Below are positions 56,624 to 64,000 of a stretch of DNA of 64,000 nt, one piece after another. The stretch is from the NCBI GenBank assembly GCA_034780895.1, contig JAUZTB010000070.1, positions 21,370,818 to 21,434,817 on the forward strand, written 5' to 3'. This DNA is from Rhynchobatus australiae. Taxonomy: Eukaryota. The notes beneath the pieces were generated by a model. It saw nothing but the letters and a program-made list of their open reading frames with translations. It ran no database searches and was not told the origin of the DNA. The position numbers were made by a program, and so were the translations under genes. The number at the start of each line of letters is the position of its first letter. Within the stretch, counting starts at the first letter, position 1.

Positions 56624-57764
56624 AAAGGTCAATATTAAGCCAGAGTAGCAAAGTAACCTTAACACTTTATCAACCATTGATGCACTTAATCTGCGAATAA
56701 TATATAATTCTGGTTACCACAATACAAAAAACATGCTGCAGCCAATGAGAGGCTATGGTAGAGAGCAACCAGAATGATTGACGGGAGAGAGCGATGGAGT
56801 ATTTGGATTATCAAGAGTGACTAAGCAAATTAGCATGTTCTCACTAAAAGAAAGAAGAGTAAGATACTTTTGAAGTATCAAAGGCATCAGTCTCTCACTA
56901 TGGATGGGTAAGGAGAAAAGGACCAATGAAAGTGCAGCAGAAGGGCCAGAGGTTAGACCATGATCTGGATCTGCTAGGTCATGAACTTGGCCACTAATTG
57001 CCACTGCTCAGTCAGTATCCCTGAAAATCCCCTAAGTGTTGGAGTGTCAGAAATCATTCAACAGCTTACCCTTATTATCCAACATATGATTAAACTCAGG
57101 TCTGTTCAGAATTTTGTTAAACAATCCCTTAGTCAGTCACATTAGATCATGGAGCTGCTGAGCTGACTACCAATCCAGTCCCTACCCTAAGCCATAGATG
57201 TAGCACCATAACATTCAAAATTGCTGTTGAAAGTGTGGAAACTGGAAGTTCAATATAATTCATATCTTCTGTTGTCATTTAGTAGAACATAGAACTCTTG
57301 ATACAGTGTGCTGTCAATAGGTAAATTACATCCAGTGAATTGAAATTGACCTTTGTCCAACAACAGTATCCCCATTTGATTGCACAGTGCACAACAAAGC
57401 TATTACAAATAACAAATAAAACCATAGCTTTAATATGGACTTCACGGTCAATTTTTTTTAATTGATATTTTTAGGAAATACTTTCATACAGCATCTTCCA
57501 CATTATTCTATATTTCGTGCATAGTTCAAAGATTTCAGTTAAAACCTATCTGCTTTCAGGCTAAGGGGGTGCTTAAAATCAAAATTTGCTTGAGATAGAA
57601 GAACCAATTCTTTACAAGGCTGATATACTGAAACATACACTGCAACATTTATCCACTTGGCCAGGCATTCAAGATTGGCCACTAGAATGTGTGGAGTAAG
57701 CAAAGGCTAATTCTAGTGTTCTCTCCAAAGTTGATAGTGAGTAAAGAATGTAAGTACTCCAAAG

Positions 57765-58140
57765 GGCATAATCAAAGACCCGCCCACCCCAGACTTCCTC
57801 TCTTCTCCCCTCTCCCATCAGGCAAAAGACATAAAAGCCTGAAAGCAGGTACCACCAGGCTCAAGGACAGGTTCTATCCTACTTTTATAAGACTATTGAA
57901 TGGTACCCTCGTATGATAAGATAGACTCTTGACCCCACAATCTAGCTCGTTATAGCCTTGCACCTNNNNNNNNNNNNNNNNNNNNNNNNNNNNNNNNNNN
58001 NNNNNNNNNNNNNNNNNNNNNNNNNNNNNNNNNNNTTTACTACCTCAATGCACTGTGTAATAAATTGATCTGCATGAATGGTATGCAAAACAAGTTTTTC
58101 ACTGTACCTTGGTACAAGTGACAATAATAAACCAATTCCA
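57765..58140 (+). mobile_element. Rex1/Babar LINE 3' end
   Basis: HPRLPLFSPLPSGKRHKSLKAGTTRLKDRFYPTFIRLLNG plus a UTR matching 9651-10085. Confidence 0.88.
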
Positions 58141-59620
58141 AGCACTGATATCTGTGCCACCCCACCATTGCCAATTTGAAAATGACCTATTTATCCCAAC
58201 CTTCTATTTTCTGTTAGCCAATCCTGTATCCCTGTTACAAATACCATAAACTCTTACCTTGAGGGGTAACATTTTGTGTCCCTTTAAAGAATGCCTGTTG
58301 GAAATCTAAATACACAACGTGCTGGTATTTCCTTATCCACCCTGCTTGATGTATCCCTGAAGAATTAGTTAATTTGTCATATGCTTTTCTCTTTAGAAGT
58401 TGTTGGGTCTACTTGATTATATTATCATTTACTAAAGGTACTGCTATTATTCCCTGAATAATGGATTCCATGATTTTGCCAATGACAGATGTTCGCCAAA
58501 CTCTTTCCTGCATTCTCCTTCCTTTCTTGAATTGGATCATTGCACTTTTGGTTTTCCGATTTACTAGCATGTTTCTATTTAGGATAATTTAGAAGATCTC
58601 AACCATTTTTGTGGGCAGCAGAATTCAAGAAGGGAGTTCCACAGTCCCTCCCAATTGAGAGATCAATCAATAGTTGAGACACTGAATGCATTAAAGACTG
58701 ACAGAATGGAGACATTCAAAACATTAGATGTACTTATAATTGGTACGCTACCAAAGTCAAGTTTATTGTCATATACACAAGTACATGTATCAATGAAAAA
58801 CTGAAAAAATCTTGGATGCTTGGCCAAGTGGATAAATGTTGCAGCAGCATCATAGGGATATAGCATCAGATAAACAGCATCCTCAAGAAAAACATAAATT
58901 AACAACATAAACTATGCAAAAATTATACAAGAAAGAACACAATTAGAACAAAAAAATCAAAGTCCATTGTAGTGGTCACAGTGGTCATAATGAAGCTGTA
59001 CTGAGATAGTGATTAGAGTTGTGCAGGTTGGTTTAAGAAGTGAACAGTTGAAGGGAAGTAGTTGTTCTTGAACCAGATGGTGTGGGACTTCAAGCTTCTG
59101 TAGCTTCTGCCCAATGGTAGCTACGAGAAGATGGCATGGCCCAGATGGTGGGGATCTTTAATGATGAATGTTGCCTTCTTGAGGCAGTGCCGCATCCAGG
59201 ACTGAATGGGATGAATTATAAGGTTTTGAGGAAAGCACAAGAAGAAATCATGGGGGTGCTGATGATAGTTTTCCAGTGTTCTTTGGATACATATGTGGTA
59301 CGAGAGAAATGGAGGACAGCAAATGCTACTTCCTTGTTCAAAAAAAGGAGTAAGCTTAAGCTCACCGATTTGAAGCCAGTGGTGGTGGGAAAGATTTTAG
59401 AAACATTGAACCAGGAGAAAATTAATAGTCACCTTGAGGAAAATGATTTAAGTCAAGTCAGCATGCATTTATCTGTGCAAATCATATTTAACCAATCTGA
59501 TAGAATTTTTTTTGCTGAGGTAACAGATAGAGTTGAAAAGTAAATGTATATGGACTTGTATATTTATGGTTAATGTCTATGGACTTCCAGAAGACTTTTG
59601 ATAATGTGCCACATAACACC
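58140..59620. mobile_element. LINE cluster: CR1 (-) ~58140-58600, Rex1/Babar-type 3' end (-) ~58752-59192, CR1 (+) ~59195-59620
   Basis: WRTANATSLFKK...VVGKILE...MDFQKTFDNVPH on the plus strand. The 'aagtcaagtttattgtcatatacacaagtacatg' tail is also seen at about 17640. Confidence 0.75.
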
Positions 59621-60519
59621 TACGTAAGTATATCATCTNNNNNNNNNNNNNNNNNNNNNNNNNNNNNNNNNNNNNNNNNNNNNNNNNNNNNNNNNNNNNN
59701 NNNNNNNNNNNNNNNNNNNNNNNNNNNNNNNNNNNNNNACACCTACGTAAGTATATCATCTCTGTGTCTGGTCCTTACATCGACTCACAACTCTAAATCC
59801 AAAAAAAAAGTTCTCTCCATCAATAGCAAAATATCCTTCATTTATATACAGGATATATAACTTCCTGTCACATGACAAGTTCTTCCTGCCATGTGACAGA
59901 TCGCTATAGCAATCAGATTTAATCAAGCTGTTTACCACATTCTTGACACATTAACCAATACCATACCAGTGCTTTTTTTTAAACAATGTTAGCTTCACAC
60001 ATCACAAAGTTTTGATAATGTGGAAAGTGTAAATAGCACTACTCTAAACCAATTACAGAGTTCTTGCTATCTCCCACATCATACTACAGAAGCACCTTCT
60101 CATACAGTAATTAGGAAACTAACAGAATGTAATCACTTATTTGCTCAGGAAATTGAATACAAAGGTAGGGAGGTTTTGCTTCATATATTTGGCACTGGTG
60201 AGACCAGATCTGGACGATGTACAGTAGTGGTCTCCTTACTAAAGGAAGGATATACATGCTTTCTAAATAGTTCAGACAAGGTTTACTTGACTAATACCTG
60301 GATCTGGACAGATTGTCTTTTGAGGAAATCTCATTGAGTCTTTTGTCAAGTTTGGTGGGAGAATGACAGCTAAAAGAAAATTGATCAGAAACTTGAAATA
60401 CTTCTGTTGCAGTATTTTTTAGGTTCTTGGTTAACTTGTGAACATGGATAAATTATTGTTACCAGGTCATTAGCCTAAAGGGTGATTGACTTCATTAAAA
60501 TAAGGCATTGCAGAACATG

Positions 60520-60695
60520 AGCAGCACAGTGGCACGGCTTATACAACAGCTGCTTCAGAGCTCCAGCTACCCAGATTCAATCCAGGCCTCTGATGCTTGT
60601 CTGTATGCAGTTTGCGTGTTCTATCTGTGCCTACATTGGTTCTCCTGCATGCTCTGGTTTCCTTTCACATCCCCATGATGTAGTGCCTGGTAGAA
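60520..60695 (+). mobile_element. HE1-like V-SINE, partial
   Basis: 'gcagcacagtggc...cagctgcttcagagctccagctacccagattcaatcc...tgtctgtatgcagtttgc...ctctggtttcct'. Confidence 0.75.
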
Positions 60696-60904
60696 TATTT
60701 TACATCCTCCATTGGGAGGTGATTGGACTTTGATATAATGTCTCATCTGGTACAACATTCCCAATCATGGCACTGGGATGTCAGCCCAGTTTTTCTGCTC
60801 AGATCCCTGGAAATATTCAACAAATTACAATACACATTAATATGAATGAAATAGGGAAAGATAAGAAAAAAAAGGAGCAGGTTTTTACAATTAAGTCTGC
60901 AAAA

Positions 60905-61553
60905 TTTGAAGAAGGTGTATGGCATGCTTGCCTTCATTGGTCAGGGCATTGAGTATAAGCGTAAGGAAGTCATGTTGCAATTGTATAAAACTTTGGTTAG
61001 GCTACACTTGGAGTATTGTGTGCAGTTCTGGCCACCCCCATTATAGGAAGGATGTGGAGGAAAGGGTGCAGAAGAGGTTTCCTAGGATACTGCCTGGATT
61101 AGAGGGTATGAGCTATAAGGAGAAGTTGGACAAACTTGGATTGTTTGCTCTGGAGTGCTGGAGGCTGAGGGGAGACCTGATAGAAGTTTATAAAAGTATG
61201 AGGAATATAGATAGGGTGGACAGTCAGGATCTTTTTCCCAGGGTGGGAATGTCAAATAGGAGAGGACATGCATTTAAGGTGAGAGGGGAAAAACTTAAAG
61301 GAGATGTGCGGGACAGGTTTTTACACAGAGAATGGTAAGTGCCTGGAATAAGCTGCCAGGAGTAATGGTGGAAGCAGATATGATGGTAGTGTTTAAGAGG
61401 CTTTTAGATAGACACATGAATATGAGTGGAATGGAGGGATATGGATCACATGCAGGTAGAAGAAATTTAGTTTAATTTGGCATTGTGTTCAGCACAGACA
61501 TTGCTGAAGGATCTGTTCCTGTGCTGTACTGTTCTATGTTCAATGTTCTATGT
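60905..61553 (+). mobile_element. CR1 LINE, 5'-truncated
   Basis: HYRKDVEERVQKRFPRILPGLEGMSYKEKLDKLGLFALECWRLRGDLIEVYK, ending in a (gttctat)n-like tail. Confidence 0.95.
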
Positions 61554-62788
61554 TAAAATCAACATATATGTTCATGTTGGAGGAATTACCTAATCCATTC
61601 TTTCATCAAAGTAGATAGGAGGATACAGAGGGCTAAAAGAAAAACAATTAGAGGCTTGAAATACCTCCAATGCACTATTTTTAGCATGTTGGTTAACCTG
61701 TGCATGGCAAGTACATGGATGGATTATTTTTACCAGGTCATTAACCTGAAGGATTATTGACTTCATTACAACAAGGCAATGTAGATTCTGATGTACTAAC
61801 CAGCTCACCAAAAATAGCACAGACAAACTTCAAGCCCCAATGACTAAAAATCAACCAAGCAAAGGTTCTTTACAAGCCAATTTAGAAAAGTATTATTTTC
61901 CAGCGTGTTACAGGTTTCTAAATTCTGACCTTTAAGTACAGAGCAGGCATATTTTTGGAAATAACTCATTCAGTGTAGTAGTTGGTCTCTGTTACAATTT
62001 AATTTATTAGTGCATCCTGTCTAAAGAATCTGGCTCTCGTTCAAAGAACGCTCTTTGAAGCAGCCAACTGAAAAGCTTTAAGCAACAATGTACTTCCATG
62101 GCACGACAAATTTCTCTCAAATATTTGTTCTATTCTGTTAACTGTTTTATCTAACTTATATGCTTAACTGTGCTGTGGAACCTGCCACTAACAATGCTCC
62201 ATACTCAGGCTGACAAAATACTTGATCAGTTTGATCATTTAAATTCGTGTTAAAGCAAAAATCTCTCAATAAGAGATTTGCAACAGTGTCCATGATGCAG
62301 TGGGTTGTCATACGTATACAATTGATTCTTCAGTAAGGAAGAAGCTCTGCCATACTTATCCAATTTTACCCATATATTTAACTTCAGTTCCACATTAAGT
62401 CAGTAGTTGATTTTTAACTGCCTCTGAAGAGGCCCAACATATGTTTATAGTAGACACAGCGCTGCATTTTGAGATTATCTAGACTAATAAATACCANNNN
62501 NNNNNNNNNNNNNNNNNNNNNNNNNNNNNNNNNNNNNNNNNNNNNNNNNNNNNNNNNNNNNNNNNNNNNNNNNNNNNNNNNNNNNNNNNNNNNNNNNNNN
62601 NNNNNNNNNNNNNNNNNNNNNNNNNNNNNNNNNNNNNNNNNNNNNNNNNNNNNNNNNNNNNNNNNNNNNNNNNNNNNNNNNNNNNNNNNNNNTAACAGAT
62701 AGATTTAATGATGTAACACTAGAAAGCATCTAATTTGGAAAGAAACCTTTCAGCTAAGGTTCCTGCAAATATACACATGATCCCACGA

Positions 62789-62816
62789 TGTGTGTGTGTG
62801 TATATATATATATATA
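62789..62816. repeat. Compound (TG)n(TA)n microsatellite
   Basis: Directly visible. Confidence 0.9.
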
Positions 62817-63544
62817 AACCAAAGCAGTAACGTAATAGGGTGCGGCATAATCATGAGAGCAAAGCTCAATTGTTTATTTGTGTTATCGTAGCTTTAAATG
62901 GAACATATTATAATATCAATCTGCATAGCATGCACAAATTTAACATCACTTGTGTTTTTGTTTTTCTGCCTGTGAGGGTATCACGATGAACAGTAATACA
63001 TAATCTTTGATTGACCTATGGGTTGAACATTGTACAACATCATTTTAATAGCTGTGGTTGCTGCATTTTTGCACAGGAAAATCCTTCCCTTCCCCTACGC
63101 AGATAGCTGAACTAGTGTCCCATGAAATCTTGTGACCAAGAAGCAAATCAGAAGGTGATTTTTGACAGCCTCTCCAAGAAATAATATGATGTGGATGCAT
63201 CAGATCAAACTGCAACTCCTGGAAATGATTTAATAGCAAAATTATTACCACTAATCATTGAGACTGCATCTATTTTGGTGCCCAGGCAAAGTCCATCGAG
63301 ATGTTGAAACATAAATGCTCCTTAGTAATATTCTCCTATTGAAAATGCTGAACTAGTTACTAGCTTAATTTTTCTATCCAATCTTTCTGAAGTGCATTCA
63401 CCAAGATGCATTCTAATCTACTGCATTAATTTTCTCACAAAGTGAAACATTTATTTTGATTAACTAAGAAAAAGAAATGAAAATAACAATGTGACAAACA
63501 ACAGAAGGTGGAAAAATTCCAGAATAATATAGGATAGAACAGAT

Positions 63545-63960
63545 GTCATAGATTAGAACATAACAGCATAAAAATATAAGAAATTGGAGGAGCAGTAGAC
63601 TTTACCACCCTCAGAGTCTGCTTCTTTGAACAAGACCATGACCGAACTCCTGCCTCAATTCTAATTTTTTGTCCTATTTCCATTACACTTGATTCCCCTG
63701 GTTTCCAAAATGTCCTGATCATTGGAACTAAAAGATTAACAGTTGACTTGTTAACGATCAGTAAACTTTTGACACACNNNNNNNNNNNNNNNNNNNNNNN
63801 NNNNNNNNNNNNNNNNNNNNNNNNNNNNNNNNNNNNNNNNNNNNNNNNNNNNNNNNNNNNNNNNNNNNNNNNNNNNNCAGTAAACTTTTGACACACTGCC
63901 CTTAGCTCCCTGAACGCTGGAGAGTTTCCAGATGACTCGGATTCAGAATTTTGTTGATAT
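63545..63960 (-). mobile_element. Old CR1 3' end
   Basis: 'aacataacagcataaaaatataagaaattggaggagcagtagac' is a reverse-strand CR1 tail. Confidence 0.6.
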
Positions 63961-64000
63961 TGTCCCAGAAATTGCTCCACAGTGTTTTTCTTTGGCATCA

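Overview
Vertebrate draft-assembly scaffold with many N gaps. The repeat content (CR1, Rex1/Babar, L2, HE1-type V-SINEs, Deu-SINEs, Penelope-type ends) points to a cartilaginous fish. The only host gene I can support is coding exon 1 of a Gq-family G-protein alpha subunit, most likely GNA11 (minus strand, 6258-6123), in a CpG-island promoter at about 6.0-7.05 kb. Bases 1-6122 are its intron 1, and 7-64 kb is upstream sequence dominated by decayed transposons. The main points the ORF track misses are these. (1) A 595-bp element with ~100-bp terminal inverted repeats, TG..CA ends and a 5-bp TSD carries a Ty3/Gypsy gag fragment; its empty site can be rebuilt inside a CR1. (2) Three to four decayed PIF/Harbinger elements, most of which still show a convergent transposase plus Myb/SANT layout. 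(3) Penelope-type fold-back elements containing minimal hammerhead-ribozyme motifs. (4) A 33-bp templated inverted insertion. (5) uORFs and a weak/strong ATG pair in the GNA11 leader. All protein matches are by-eye translations against remembered family motifs, not database searches. Repeat boundaries are approximate unless stated.
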